From positions 10,420 through 74,419 of the forward strand of contig CAIWMA010000393.1 of NCBI GenBank assembly GCA_903913645.1: 64,000 nucleotides of DNA, in the 5' to 3' direction. The position numbers were made by a program, and so were the translations under genes. This stretch comes from an uncultured Bacteroidales bacterium. GTDB lineage: Bacteria; Bacteroidota; Bacteroidia; Bacteroidales; UBA4417. The notes below the pieces were generated by a model. The model searched no databases. It was not told where the DNA came from and saw only the letters and a list, made by a program, of their open reading frames with translations. Of this stretch, positions 37,635 to 47,614 are shown one piece after another (within the stretch, counting starts at the first letter, position 1; the number at the start of each line of letters is the position of its first letter).

Positions 37635-39143
37635 TTATTTTATAGTTCTGAATAACTTACTCCACCTGATTTTGCCATCAAATAGAGACTTATTATTATC
37701 AAGTGAGAGCCATACAAAAACTGCTTTCCCAACTATATGATCCACAGGAACAAATCCCCAGAAACGGCTATCAGCTGAATTGTGGCGGTTATCGCCCATC
37801 ATCCAGTAATAATCGAGTTTAAACGTATAGGAGGTTGCCACTTTACCATTGATCAATATTTTTCCATCTTTAACTTCAAGTGAATTCAACTCGTATGCAT
37901 TGATAATACGTGAATACAGAGGAAGGTTGGCTAATGTGAGTTTAACTGTAGCCCCGGCTTTTGGAATATATAATGGTCCGAAATTATCTACGTTCCAGGC
38001 ATAGGCCGAATCGAAAGGGAAAATATAATTCTGCCAGAATCCTTTAGGCTGAATAATCTTTTCTACAGCAAGGACATTTGGAAGTTGTTTAAGTTTATCT
38101 GCTGATTCCTGGGTTAGAGTAATAACCTGGTCACCCGATTCGGTCATCTGTATTTCTTCGGTGATATCAAGTTTACCGATCAAACGTTTATTAATAGGAT
38201 TGCCGTCCGTTTTTACCTGGTACATAAATTGCGAAAGTTCAGGAAAGTCAAGAGCCTTGCCATTGATATGGACAACTTCGTCAATAATCTGAATTGTATC
38301 GCCAGGTAAGCCAATACAGCGTTTGATGTAGTTTTCGCGTTTGTCAACAGGGCGTGCAACAATATCGCCATACTGGAATTTATTGTTCCAAACATCATCG
38401 CGACCATACCTGCGGATCAACGAATAATAACTCTGATTCTGTTGTTTAAGTGCAACTGTATCGCCATCAGGATAATTGAAAACTACTACATCTCCATGTT
38501 TTATAGTTGTAAATCCCGGGAAACGGTAAAAAGGCCATTTGATCCATTCAACATACGATTTTGTGAATTGAGTTAATGGCATAGTATGATGTACAAACGG
38601 GAAAGCCAGCGGGGTATTGGGGAGTTTTGGTCCGTAACTCATTTTGCTGACGAAAAGAAAATCGCCAACCAGCAAAGATTTTTCCATGGATGACGTAGGT
38701 ATGGTATATGCTTCAATCATAAAAACTCGGATGATGGAAGCAGCTACTACAGCAAAAATGATTGCATCAGTCCATTCGCGTAACTGCGATTTCTTTACTC
38801 TCAACCTGTTTTCAGGTTTAACATAATGCTCATTTTTAGAAATGCCCAGGTAAGGAAGGTAGGCATAAGGGAAAAGTACTGCAAGAGCTTGTTCACCAAG
38901 GTTGTGTTTGCTGTAACTTAATGCATTTTGCACCAGCATCAGCATGATCATAAAGAAGTTTATGAAAGGCACCAGCATAATCAGGAGCCACCACCATGGT
39001 TTACCGATTACTTTTAACCAGATGTAATAGTTGTAAAATGGTATCAGGGCTTTGTATCCGCCAACTCCTGCTTCGTCGAATATCCAGTAATTCAACATGG
39101 GGAAAAGGATGATAATAAGTAACAAAATTGTCATCAGATCCAT
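37635..39143 (-). CDS. lepB: signal peptidase I (long Bacteroidota form)
   Basis: Catalytic Ser box IPTSSMEKSLLVGD, Lys box YIKRCIGLPGD, and GDNRHNSADSRFWGFV. Confidence 0.9.
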   Translation of the reverse strand: MDLMTILLLIIILFPMLNYWIFDEAGVGGYKALIPFYNYYIWLKVIGKPWWWLLIMLVPFINFFMIMLMLVQNALSYSKHNLGEQALAVLFPYAYLPYLGISKNEHYVKPENRLRVKKSQLREWTDAIIFAVVAASIIRVFMIEAYTIPTSSMEKSLLVGDFLFVSKMSYGPKLPNTPLAFPFVHHTMPLTQFTKSYVEWIKWPFYRFPGFTTIKHGDVVVFNYPDGDTVALKQQNQSYYSLIRRYGRDDVWNNKFQYGDIVARPVDKRENYIKRCIGLPGDTIQIIDEVVHINGKALDFPELSQFMYQVKTDGNPINKRLIGKLDITEEIQMTESGDQVITLTQESADKLKQLPNVLAVEKIIQPKGFWQNYIFPFDSAYAWNVDNFGPLYIPKAGATVKLTLANLPLYSRIINAYELNSLEVKDGKILINGKVATSYTFKLDYYWMMGDNRHNSADSRFWGFVPVDHIVGKAVFVWLSLDNNKSLFDGKIRWSKLFRTIK

Positions 39144-39342
39144 AATAGGTTTCTTTAGTTAAGGATTAATAGAATGAGATTGTTAAGGTATAAAGTATTA
39201 TTAAGCAATAGGTTGTGATTCCTTGTTCAAAGTTACACAATAATCGTTAGGCGCAAATATCTGCCAAAAGTTACGTGGTTATTGGCAGAGTTTTGTTAAT
39301 ATGTGTTAAAACGCTGATTCGTAAGTAACTTTAAAGCCGCAC

Positions 39343-40056
39343 TTAAAGATTCAGCAAATCTTTCATGGTAAAAACTCCGTGCCTGTTTTGAACCCAGGCA
39401 GCTGCCATAACTGCTCCTATGGCAAATCCGCGCCTGTCTTTTGCTTCGTGTGTAAGGGTTATCTGGTCAATATCGGAACTCCATGTAATCGAATGTGTGC
39501 CCGGAACATTTCCTTCACGAATGGACTGAACCTGTATTTCACCGGTTTCCGGTTTAGCATCTGTCAGATTAGTATACCTTGAGTTTGATGCAATAATATC
39601 GTTTGCCAGTGTAATAGCTGTTCCACTGGGTGCATCCAGTTTCTGGGTATGATGTATTTCAACCATTGATGGTGAATACATGGGATACGCTTCGAGAAGA
39701 GAGGCCAGCCTCCTATTGATGTCGAAAAAGATATTTACGCCGATGCTGTAATTAGACGCATAGAACAAGGTGCTGTTGCTATTTACGCACATCTCAGATA
39801 TTTCCTGAAACCTGTCATACCACCCGGTAGTACCCACAACAATAGGAATTCCTGCCACGAAGCATTTAAGTATATTTTCAATAGCAATGGCAGGTATTGA
39901 AAATTCTATCGCTACATCGCATTCCTTAAGAAGTTCTCCTTTTTCCTGCCAGTCCTTTTCATTGTCTAATGTCAGACCGATGGAATATCCATGCTCCAGT
40001 GCTATTTTTTCAACCTCATGACCCATTTTCCCATATCCAAGCAACGCAATTTTCAT
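39343..40056 (-). CDS. dapB: 4-hydroxy-tetrahydrodipicolinate reductase
   Basis: Likely start MKIALLGYGKMG at 40056. Signature EIHHTQKLDAPSGTA. Confidence 0.9.
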   Translation of the reverse strand: MKIALLGYGKMGHEVEKIALEHGYSIGLTLDNEKDWQEKGELLKECDVAIEFSIPAIAIENILKCFVAGIPIVVGTTGWYDRFQEISEMCVNSNSTLFYASNYSIGVNIFFDINRRLASLLEAYPMYSPSMVEIHHTQKLDAPSGTAITLANDIIASNSRYTNLTDAKPETGEIQVQSIREGNVPGTHSITWSSDIDQITLTHEAKDRRGFAIGAVMAAAWVQNRHGVFTMKDLLNL

Positions 40057-40122
40057 ATATGATGGTTTTGTTAAGGTCAAATATCTTGTTTTTATTTGAT
40101 TACTAATGCTTTATGCTAACGT

Positions 40123-40818
40123 TTAAAATCGCAAACTCAGGTTAATTCCTCCGGAAATTCCTTTTGCCGTGTTCATGCCAAGAACTGGCATCCAGGGATC
40201 AACTCGGAGCGTCAGGTCGTCATTAATGTTATAGTCGAAGAAATGAGCATCAACCGTAGCATCTACAACAGTGAGAATATACCACACTCCAGTAAGAATA
40301 TAGGAAACCTCAAGATTTCTCCTGTAGTAATCCCGTCCTTCTTTTAATTGAGCTGCAGTATATCCTTTTTTAGCCCAATCGTTTGGCGGATCAGGATAAG
40401 GAAACATGTTAGGCGGGGTTGGAGGGTGCACCGTTGTTAGAGTAACACCAACATATTCGTATGCATCCTTCAATTCCTTGTAGTAGGTGGAATTCATATG
40501 GATGAAGTATATCATTGTACCAAAGCCGGCATATACAATAGGAAGCTTCCAGTATTTATGGTTATACGCCTGACCCAGTCCGGGCAGAACCAAAGCATAA
40601 ATAGTAGCTTTTCGGGGAGAGTGGAGTACTTTAATTTTAGCAGGTACAGAGTCCTTAACTTTGGCAATTGTATCCTGTGCATCTGCCTTGTATCCTGAAA
40701 AAAAGTTGAAAACCAACAAAAGCATAAAAACGAAACAAAGTCCGCGACCCTTTCGATGTGAGGAAATCGGCAGACTTTGTTCCTGTTGGTTACAAATGTA
40801 TTTTGCTTTACTTATCAC
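40123..40818 (-). CDS. DUF5683-like membrane protein
   Basis: Signal/TM region, then [32 protein letters not shown]. It sits in the position between parB and dapB that is conserved in Bacteroidota. GTG start in the track. Confidence 0.55.
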   Translation of the reverse strand: MISKAKYICNQQEQSLPISSHRKGRGLCFVFMLLLVFNFFSGYKADAQDTIAKVKDSVPAKIKVLHSPRKATIYALVLPGLGQAYNHKYWKLPIVYAGFGTMIYFIHMNSTYYKELKDAYEYVGVTLTTVHPPTPPNMFPYPDPPNDWAKKGYTAAQLKEGRDYYRRNLEVSYILTGVWYILTVVDATVDAHFFDYNINDDLTLRVDPWMPVLGMNTAKGISGGINLSLRF

Positions 40819-40823
40819 TGCTG

Positions 40824-41717
40824 TTATTCAAGTCCTAGCTTTGTTATAATTGCTTGCAGATCTTCGTCTGAAACAAAAGGTATTACAATACTTCCTTTTC
40901 CTTTTAGTGTACGGTTAAGTTCAATTTTCCTATTTAGGCGTTCCTGGAGGGAATCTTTCATTACTTCATACTTTAATGGAAGCGCAATTTTATTTGGTTT
41001 GGATACAGGTGTAACCACTTTGTCGAGTTGGCGTACCAGTTTTTCAACCTCACGCACCGAAAGTTCATCCGAAATTATCTTGCGGGTAATTAATAATTGC
41101 TTAGCCTGATCTTCAACGTTAATCAAAGTACGGGCATGGCCCATGCTTATTGATGCGTCTCTTAATGCTGCCTGAATTTCAGCCGGTAATTTGAGTAACC
41201 TCATGTAATTGGTAACGGTAGTTCTGTTTTTACCAACCCGTTTGCTGAGTTCTTCCTGTGTAAGGCTGCATTCTTCAATTAACCTGTTGTAGCTGATGGC
41301 AATTTCTATGGCATTCAGGTTTTCGCGCTGAATGTTTTCAATCAGGGCCCATTCGAGCATTTGCTCATCATTAGCCACGCGGATATAACATGGAACTGTT
41401 TCAATTCCTGCAAGCTTTGATGCCCTGAATCTGCGTTCGCCGGAAATGAGCTGATACTTGTCGTATCCCATTTTGCGAACTGTAAGAGGTTGAATTATAC
41501 CTTGTTCCAGTATAGATTGCGCAAGTTCAGCCAGCGATGTTTCGTCAAAATCCTCCCTGGGCTGAAAAGGATTTGTTTCAATTTTTGTAAGTGGAAGATT
41601 GGCAATTGCACCAGCCACATAGTTTCCTGAGATATCCTTTGAGGTAATATCTGTTTCAGGGCTTTCGAGTATTGCACTCAAGCCACGTCCTAATCCTGTT
41701 TTTTTTTGAATTGCCAT
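40824..41717 (-). CDS. parB: chromosome partitioning protein ParB
   Basis: [26 protein letters not shown], and the [26 protein letters not shown]. Confidence 0.95.
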   Translation of the reverse strand: MAIQKKTGLGRGLSAILESPETDITSKDISGNYVAGAIANLPLTKIETNPFQPREDFDETSLAELAQSILEQGIIQPLTVRKMGYDKYQLISGERRFRASKLAGIETVPCYIRVANDEQMLEWALIENIQRENLNAIEIAISYNRLIEECSLTQEELSKRVGKNRTTVTNYMRLLKLPAEIQAALRDASISMGHARTLINVEDQAKQLLITRKIISDELSVREVEKLVRQLDKVVTPVSKPNKIALPLKYEVMKDSLQERLNRKIELNRTLKGKGSIVIPFVSDEDLQAIITKLGLE

Positions 41718-42526
41718 TATTCCTGAACCTTTATTTCTTTTTGCTCCTGGGTAAGTGTGGTCATTTTATTTTTCTGCAACACTTCACGGGCCAGGTTAAG
41801 GTAATTGAGCGAACCTGTGCTGCTGGCATCGTGCATGAGAACGGTTTGCCCAAAACTCGGAGCTTCAGCCAGTCGTGTATTTCGTGCTATAATGGTATTG
41901 AAAACCATATCCTGGAAATGTGTCTTCACTTCTTCTACAACCTGGTTCGAAAGGCGTAGACGACCATCGTACATGGTGAGTAAAATACCTTCAAAATCGA
42001 GTTTTGGATTCAGCCTTGATTGAACTATCTTGATGGTATTCAGTAATTTGCCCAGACCTTCGAGTGCGAAATATTCGCATTGTACCGGTATGATTACTGA
42101 ATCGGACGCCACCAGCGAATTTATTGTAACCAATCCAAGCGATGGTGAACAATCGATCAGAATAAAATCGTAGTCGTTGCGAAGTTCTTCAACAACTTTG
42201 CGCATCTTCACCTCACGGTTTGGAAGGTTAATCATTTCTATTTCAGCGCCAACCAGGTCAATATGCGCGGGCAACAAAAATAAGTTTGGAGTTTCGGTAC
42301 CCAGTATGATATTTTTTGCTTCAACTTCTTCGATAATACATTCGTAGATGCTGGCTTTTATATTTTTTGGATCATAACCAACTCCCGAAGTGGCATTTGC
42401 CTGAGGGTCAGCGTCAATAATTAATGTTTTGAATTCCAATACGGCCAAAGCTGCTCCCAGGTTGATAGCAGTGGTAGTCTTTCCAACTCCGCCTTTCTGG
42501 TTAGCAATGGAGATTATTTTACCCAT
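41717..42526 (-). CDS. parA: chromosome partitioning ATPase ParA/Soj
   Basis: Deviant Walker A NQKGGVGKTTT, IIDADPQ and DFILIDCSPSL. It overlaps the parB start by 1 nt. Confidence 0.95.
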   Translation of the reverse strand: MGKIISIANQKGGVGKTTTAINLGAALAVLEFKTLIIDADPQANATSGVGYDPKNIKASIYECIIEEVEAKNIILGTETPNLFLLPAHIDLVGAEIEMINLPNREVKMRKVVEELRNDYDFILIDCSPSLGLVTINSLVASDSVIIPVQCEYFALEGLGKLLNTIKIVQSRLNPKLDFEGILLTMYDGRLRLSNQVVEEVKTHFQDMVFNTIIARNTRLAEAPSFGQTVLMHDASSTGSLNYLNLAREVLQKNKMTTLTQEQKEIKVQE

Positions 42527-42692
42527 TCGTGAGGATGTTAATTTGATATTAATGTATTTAAATTCAATGATTTGATTCTGAATATCCAGGCTTTAAATGA
42601 CAAAATGCATGCATGTAATAGTGGACAAAGGTACAAAAAAGCGATAGCCACTTTAAACCTGTGTTAATAAGTTTTTGGCTCAATCACCAATT

Positions 42693-42716
42693 AAAAAACC
42701 TGATGTGAATCAGGTT
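42693..42716 (-). terminator. Rho-independent terminator after 42751..43098
   Basis: The minus strand reads AACCTGAT-TCAC-ATCAGGTT followed by TTTTTTAATT. Confidence 0.65.
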
Positions 42717-42750
42717 TCTTAATTTGAAATTAATAAATATCCGGTTATTA

Positions 42751-43098
42751 TTATTCGGTTGGTTCGCCTGATGTATTTTCAGGACTAATGTCAGTCAGAA
42801 GCCTTCTGACTTCTTTATAAATTCTTTCCGGTGGTTCTTTCCCGGTTTCTATAAAGGAAAATGCATCCTGAAGGCCGTGCATGAATTTTTCGAAGTCTTC
42901 CTGGTAAAGAAAAATTTTATGTTTGTCGTAAACGAATTTGGCAAGTGCATTATCAAACCGCTTTTTGCTTTCGGTTATAGTAATGTATAACTCCTTGTCA
43001 CGAGTACTTTTAACATCAAAAAAGTAAGTGCGTTTCCCTGCCTTCACCGATCGTGAGAATACATCTTCTCTGGTATCTGAATAATCAAATTCTTCCAT
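42751..43098 (-). CDS. PUR-alpha-like / DUF3276 nucleic-acid-binding protein
   Basis: 115 aa. VFSRSVKAGKRTYFFDVKSTRDKELYITITESKK is the characteristic Bacteroidota DUF3276 pattern. Confidence 0.65.
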   Translation of the reverse strand: MEEFDYSDTREDVFSRSVKAGKRTYFFDVKSTRDKELYITITESKKRFDNALAKFVYDKHKIFLYQEDFEKFMHGLQDAFSFIETGKEPPERIYKEVRRLLTDISPENTSGEPTE

Positions 43099-43453
43099 CT
43101 TTTTATACCGTTACTTGTTTATAATTACACCTTCTTCTAACGCAAATGTAGAAATTATATTTCAATTGGCAATAGGCTTAAATTTTTACAAAAATTAAAT
43201 GGCAACAGTGGGAAGGATTGCTTCAGAACAAAGCCGAAAAGGAAACCTGAAAAGGATAAAGACTTTGTTTGCAACACAGGATGGAATGTGAATAGCGATA
43301 TTGGACAGAATACTTTAGTAACAAGAAGTTAGCATATAACTACGTATAGCATGTTCTTTTGATTATTTTTAATTCCAGGTATCAAAACAGCAGTATTTAA
43401 ATACACTCATTCCTGCATATAAATTTTTCGTTCACAGGTTTCGCCAAATTCCA

Positions 43454-43461
43454 TACCTTTG
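43454..43461 (+). promoter_or_regulatory. candidate sigma-A -7 box TACCTTTG (TAnnTTTG) for nusB
   Basis: Exact match to the Bacteroidetes -7 consensus, 35 nt upstream of ATG 43496. No clear -33 TTTG was found. Confidence 0.35.
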
Positions 43462-43495
43462 CGGCTTAAAACATTAACGGTTCATTGTACATTTT

Positions 43496-44458
43496 ATGCT
43501 AAGCAGAAGGTTTCTTCGGATAAAAGTAATGCAGGCGATTTACGCCTTTCAACAGGAGGGTCCTGAAAGTATAAGTGCTGGCGAAAAACAACTGATTATC
43601 AGTCTCGACAAACTGTACGAACTCTATATCTATCAGATTTCACTGATAATCGAGATTTCAGATTTCGCGCGAAAACGCATTGAGGAAAACCGGCTTAAAC
43701 AGCTTCCTACACCAGAGGATCTAAATCCAAACCTTCGTTTTATTCAAAACAAATTCATCAGTCAGCTTGAGAATAACCGGGATTACCTGAAACGTAATGC
43801 GGCTTACAAAATCAACTGGGTGGATGAAGACGAGATGATCAGGAAATTCTATAACCTGATGCGTGAGGATGAAACTTACATTTCTTACATGAATAAGCCG
43901 CAAGTAAACTATGCTGATGAAAAACAAGTAGTTGAAATGGTTATTCTTCGACTGTTCTCCGAATCGGATCACCTCCGGAGTTATTTCGACGAGCGGAATA
44001 TATACTGGACCGAAGACTTTGATACAGCAGTGATGATGGTGGATAAAACCATTAAAGGTTTCAAAGAAAGTGCGGATGAATATACCAGCCTTCCTACATT
44101 GCTGAAAGACGAAAACAACAGCGATGGCAGTGAAGATATGGAATTCGTTAAGCATTTATATCGTAAAACACTGATAAACAGTACTGATTTAAATATAGTG
44201 ATCAGCGAACGCGCTTCGAACTGGGACCTTGAACGTATAGCGGTAATGGATACCATCCTGATAAAAATGGCTATAACCGAACTGATCGAATTCCCTTCGA
44301 TACCTATAAAAGTAACCCTGAATGAATATATTGAACTATCGAAAGAATACAGTTCACCCAAAAGTAAAATATTTATCAATGGAGTACTTGATAAGTTAAT
44401 CGTAGATTATAAAGAGCAGGGAATTATTAAGAAATCGGGTAGGGGATTGATGGAGTAA
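43496..44458 (+). CDS. nusB: transcription antitermination factor NusB (long Bacteroidota form)
   Basis: N-terminal SRRFLRIKVMQAIYAF and C-terminal NusB fold motifs (WDLERIAVMDTILIKMAITEL, EYIELSKEYSSPKSKIFINGVLDK). Confidence 0.85.
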   Translation: MLSRRFLRIKVMQAIYAFQQEGPESISAGEKQLIISLDKLYELYIYQISLIIEISDFARKRIEENRLKQLPTPEDLNPNLRFIQNKFISQLENNRDYLKRNAAYKINWVDEDEMIRKFYNLMREDETYISYMNKPQVNYADEKQVVEMVILRLFSESDHLRSYFDERNIYWTEDFDTAVMMVDKTIKGFKESADEYTSLPTLLKDENNSDGSEDMEFVKHLYRKTLINSTDLNIVISERASNWDLERIAVMDTILIKMAITELIEFPSIPIKVTLNEYIELSKEYSSPKSKIFINGVLDKLIVDYKEQGIIKKSGRGLME

Positions 44459-44516
44459 TGTACAATTTACGATGTGTGATTGACGATTTTCGATTAATGA
44501 TTTACTAATTACTCTT

Positions 44517-44954
44517 ATGCTCCCCGACTTCTTCATCCGTGGATTTATTGATAGTGACTATCCTGAAATGATCAGGTTATGGGAAAGTCTTGGGCTTGGA
44601 GGTGCTCACCGTGGCGATGATTTACTTGTTATAAACCGTACAATAAAAATGGGTGGGCAACTTCTGCTGATGGTTGAAAAAGAATCAGCATCTATTGTCG
44701 GTTCTTCATGGCTTACAGTCGACGGCAGGCGGACTTATCTTCATCACTTTGGTATAAAAGAAGGTTTGCAGGGGAAAGGACTTGCGAAAATGCTCCTTAC
44801 AGAATCTCTGAAACTTGCTAAAACATTTGGAATGCAGGTAAAACTTGAGGTGCATAAAGATAATTTTAAAGCACTTGACCTTTACACAAAAGCCAGGTTT
44901 TCTTACCTTGGCGATTATCAAACATTTATTATCCGGGATATTTCTTCCATTTAG
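44517..44954 (+). CDS. GNAT-family N-acetyltransferase
   Basis: 145 aa. Acetyl-CoA motif A region HHFGIKEGLQGKGLAKMLL. Confidence 0.7.
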   Translation: MLPDFFIRGFIDSDYPEMIRLWESLGLGGAHRGDDLLVINRTIKMGGQLLLMVEKESASIVGSSWLTVDGRRTYLHHFGIKEGLQGKGLAKMLLTESLKLAKTFGMQVKLEVHKDNFKALDLYTKARFSYLGDYQTFIIRDISSI

Positions 44955-45009
44955 TAGTCATCTGGCAATGAATTATTACTTTTGCACTCTTGATCAACAA
45001 AATACTTTC

Positions 45010-45480
45010 ATGAAAAGGAACTTTTTAGCATTTTTGCTTTTTGTATTTGTTTCAGTGGTATTTATTTCGTGTGGATCACGAAACCCTAGTACTAATGAGA
45101 CTTCTGACGGAAGTTCCAATTCTGATTCAGGTATGGTTTCTACCGATAAAAATGCTTTTCCTGTTATAACTTTTGAAAAGGATTTTCATGATTTTGGCAA
45201 AATTAATTCTGGTGAAAAGATTACCTATTCTTTTAAATTTAAAAATACAGGGAAATCAGTTCTCCTCATTTCAAATGTGAGTACCTCGTGTGGCTGTACC
45301 GTTTCTTCATTTCCGAAACAACCAATTAAACCTGGTGAAGAGTCATCAATCGATGTGAGCTTCGACAGTACAGGCAAGCATGGACTGCAAAACAAATCGA
45401 TAACCGTTTTCACAAATGCCCAACCTACAACCGTCACACTTCGGATTCAGTCATTGATTGTGGAACCTGAAGATATTTAA
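45010..45480 (+). CDS. DUF1573 lipoprotein
   Basis: The realistic start is ATG 45010 (MKRNFLAFLLFVFVSVVFISCGS lipobox); the track start 44845 overlaps the GNAT gene. FEKDFHDFGKINSGEKITYSFKFKNTGKSVLLISNVSTSCGCT is the DUF1573 signature. Confidence 0.8.
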   Translation: MKRNFLAFLLFVFVSVVFISCGSRNPSTNETSDGSSNSDSGMVSTDKNAFPVITFEKDFHDFGKINSGEKITYSFKFKNTGKSVLLISNVSTSCGCTVSSFPKQPIKPGEESSIDVSFDSTGKHGLQNKSITVFTNAQPTTVTLRIQSLIVEPEDI

Positions 45481-45531
45481 AATAGTTTTTGTTCAAATAA
45501 TTAATAATAAATCACGTAAAAATTAAATCTA

Positions 45532-45876
45532 ATGAATTTACTCAACATCTTACTTATGGCTCCTGCGGGAGGAGGACAAGGTACAGGTGGCGGCTCAATG
45601 GCCAGCTCACTTATTTTTCTTGTACTGATCTTCGTTGTATTTTATTTCTTCTTTATCCGCCCTCAGGTAAAGAGGCAGAAAGACCAGAAGAAATTCAGGG
45701 AAGGCTTATCGAAAGGTCAGAAAATTATTACCATTGGGGGTATCCACGGTAAAATTGTAGAAATGCAGGAAACCACATGCACCATCGAAGTAGAAGGCGG
45801 TGTAAAACTAAAACTTGAGAAATCGGCTGTTGCTGCTGATTCGCAGGATCAGCTTACTGGCGAACCAGCCAAGTAG
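45532..45876 (+). CDS. yajC: preprotein translocase subunit YajC
   Basis: A single TM segment followed by IRPQVKRQKDQKKFREGLSKGQKIITIGGIHGKIVEM. Confidence 0.85.
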   Translation: MNLLNILLMAPAGGGQGTGGGSMASSLIFLVLIFVVFYFFFIRPQVKRQKDQKKFREGLSKGQKIITIGGIHGKIVEMQETTCTIEVEGGVKLKLEKSAVAADSQDQLTGEPAK

Positions 45877-46017
45877 TTGTAGTATACTAGTTTTAAAAAC
45901 TCATACACAAGGAGAATTGGAGACTCTTCGACTTAGCTCAGTGCAGGCAAGGCGAGGTCGGACCTTGAGAAAGGGAATTCCCAACCTCAGTTCTAACCTC
46001 AAATTTCTTTAGAATTT

Positions 46018-47022
46018 ATGGCAGTTGATAGCCAAATTGATACAGGTATAAAGCCTAGCGAAACAGGCCGGAAAGAACACCGATCTCATCCGAGATTGAT
46101 TGTCTTTCTGGTCTGTCTTGTGATCAGCATTCTCATGTGGCTGTTTATCGAACTGATGAAAGATTATAACGATGAAATAAAGTATAATGTTACCTTTATT
46201 AATGCTCCCAAGGATCTGATTCTTACCCACAGTGGCGATAGCGTAATCAGTATTGGTATGACTGCGCAAGGATTTGAATTGTTGGCTGCAAAATATGCGC
46301 ATAAACTGCGTGACTTGACAATAGATTTATCATCGTTAAAAATCAGGGCTGCCGGCGAAGGTTATTCGGCTTACCTTCCTTCAGCCCTGATTGTAGAGCA
46401 ACTGGGAACTCAAATTCGTTTCGACAAAGAAATTACCTTTATAAAACCAGATACACTTTTCTTCCGGTTTTCTAAGATTTTTAGTAGAGTAGTACCAGTT
46501 AAACTGGATATGGATTATACCCTTAGCGGGCAGTACGATTTAACCGACAGCATTGCCTTCAATCCGCAATTTGTCACTGTTTCGAGTATTAAAAGTATAA
46601 TAGATACCTTGTCATTTGTAACTACCCGAAATCTCCATCTTTCTCAACTTGATAGCAGCGTAAATATTAAAGTAGCCATTAACAAAGGGTTCAGGGCTAA
46701 TTTGTTAAAATATTCAATCGATTCGGTTACGGTTAAAATAAAAGTTGAGAAAGTAACCGAAGCTGGTTACACTGTTCCTGTTTCTATTTCTGGGAATGGC
46801 GAAAACGTGAAGATTTTTCCTGATAAAGTGGAAATAGTCTGCAGGATACCACTATCAGCATATCCTCATATAGCTGCCTCTGATTTTTCAGCGGAAGTTG
46901 AATTCCTGCCTTTATTAAAAAAGGAAAAAAAACTGAAGGTGATCCTGGTGAAAATTCCTGATAAAGTCAGGGTTTTAAAAATCAGTCCAACGGAAGTCGA
47001 GTACATTATCATTTCGAAATGA
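46018..47022 (+). CDS. YbbR-like domain protein (CdaR-like)
   Basis: 334 aa with an N-terminal TM anchor and repeated beta-rich ~85-aa segments. It sits in the conserved position between yajC and coaE. Confidence 0.5.
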   Translation: MAVDSQIDTGIKPSETGRKEHRSHPRLIVFLVCLVISILMWLFIELMKDYNDEIKYNVTFINAPKDLILTHSGDSVISIGMTAQGFELLAAKYAHKLRDLTIDLSSLKIRAAGEGYSAYLPSALIVEQLGTQIRFDKEITFIKPDTLFFRFSKIFSRVVPVKLDMDYTLSGQYDLTDSIAFNPQFVTVSSIKSIIDTLSFVTTRNLHLSQLDSSVNIKVAINKGFRANLLKYSIDSVTVKIKVEKVTEAGYTVPVSISGNGENVKIFPDKVEIVCRIPLSAYPHIAASDFSAEVEFLPLLKKEKKLKVILVKIPDKVRVLKISPTEVEYIIISK

Positions 47023-47603
47023 TCCGCATAGGGCTAACCGGCAACATCGGAACAGGTAAATCTACTATAGCCAGGATTTTTGAAATTCTGGGTGTTCCGG
47101 TATATCATGCCGATAAACAAGCTCGTGGAATAGTTGGTTCTGAAAAGGTTACTGAACAAATTGCTTTATTGTTCGGCAATAAGGTACTCGACTTGAAGAA
47201 TCAGGTTGATCGAAAAGCATTGGCAGCCATTGTTTTCACGGATAAGGAAAAACTTGTTGTTTTAAATAACCTGATCCATCCATTAGTGGAAGCAGATTTT
47301 TCACAATGGTGTACTCTCCATTTGGATAAAAAATATGTATTGCAAGAAGCAGCTATCTTATTTGAGAGTGGATTTCAACGGTTATTCGATTCAACAATAC
47401 TGGTTACAGCACCCGAAAAACTTTGTATTGCACGTGTAATGTCACGTGACGGAATTACCAAAGAGATGATTTCTAATCGTATTCTTAACCAATGGTCACA
47501 GGAAATAAAACTAGAAATGGCTGATTACATAATAACTAATGATGAAACAGCGATGGTGATTCCACAGGTTTTGTCAATCCATCAAAAAATCATCAAGAGT
47601 TAA
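47019..47603 (+). CDS. coaE: dephospho-CoA kinase
   Basis: P-loop IGLTGNIGTGKST, then ADKQAR and IHPLV. A 4-nt overlap with the upstream gene suggests translational coupling. Confidence 0.9.
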   Translation: MIRIGLTGNIGTGKSTIARIFEILGVPVYHADKQARGIVGSEKVTEQIALLFGNKVLDLKNQVDRKALAAIVFTDKEKLVVLNNLIHPLVEADFSQWCTLHLDKKYVLQEAAILFESGFQRLFDSTILVTAPEKLCIARVMSRDGITKEMISNRILNQWSQEIKLEMADYIITNDETAMVIPQVLSIHQKIIKS

Positions 47604-47614
47604 TTCCTCACGTT

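Noticed and set aside
44845-45009. Long N-terminal extension of the DUF1573 ORF, overlapping the GNAT gene by 110 nt.
   Set aside because: The extension has no signal-like features, whereas ATG 45010 is followed by a textbook lipoprotein signal peptide. The overlap disappears with the later start.
45920-45990. Possible tRNA because of TTAGCTCAGTG.
   Set aside because: No acceptor stem pairing, no anticodon arm and no T-loop GTTCRANYC could be drawn. It is kept only as a low-interest finding.
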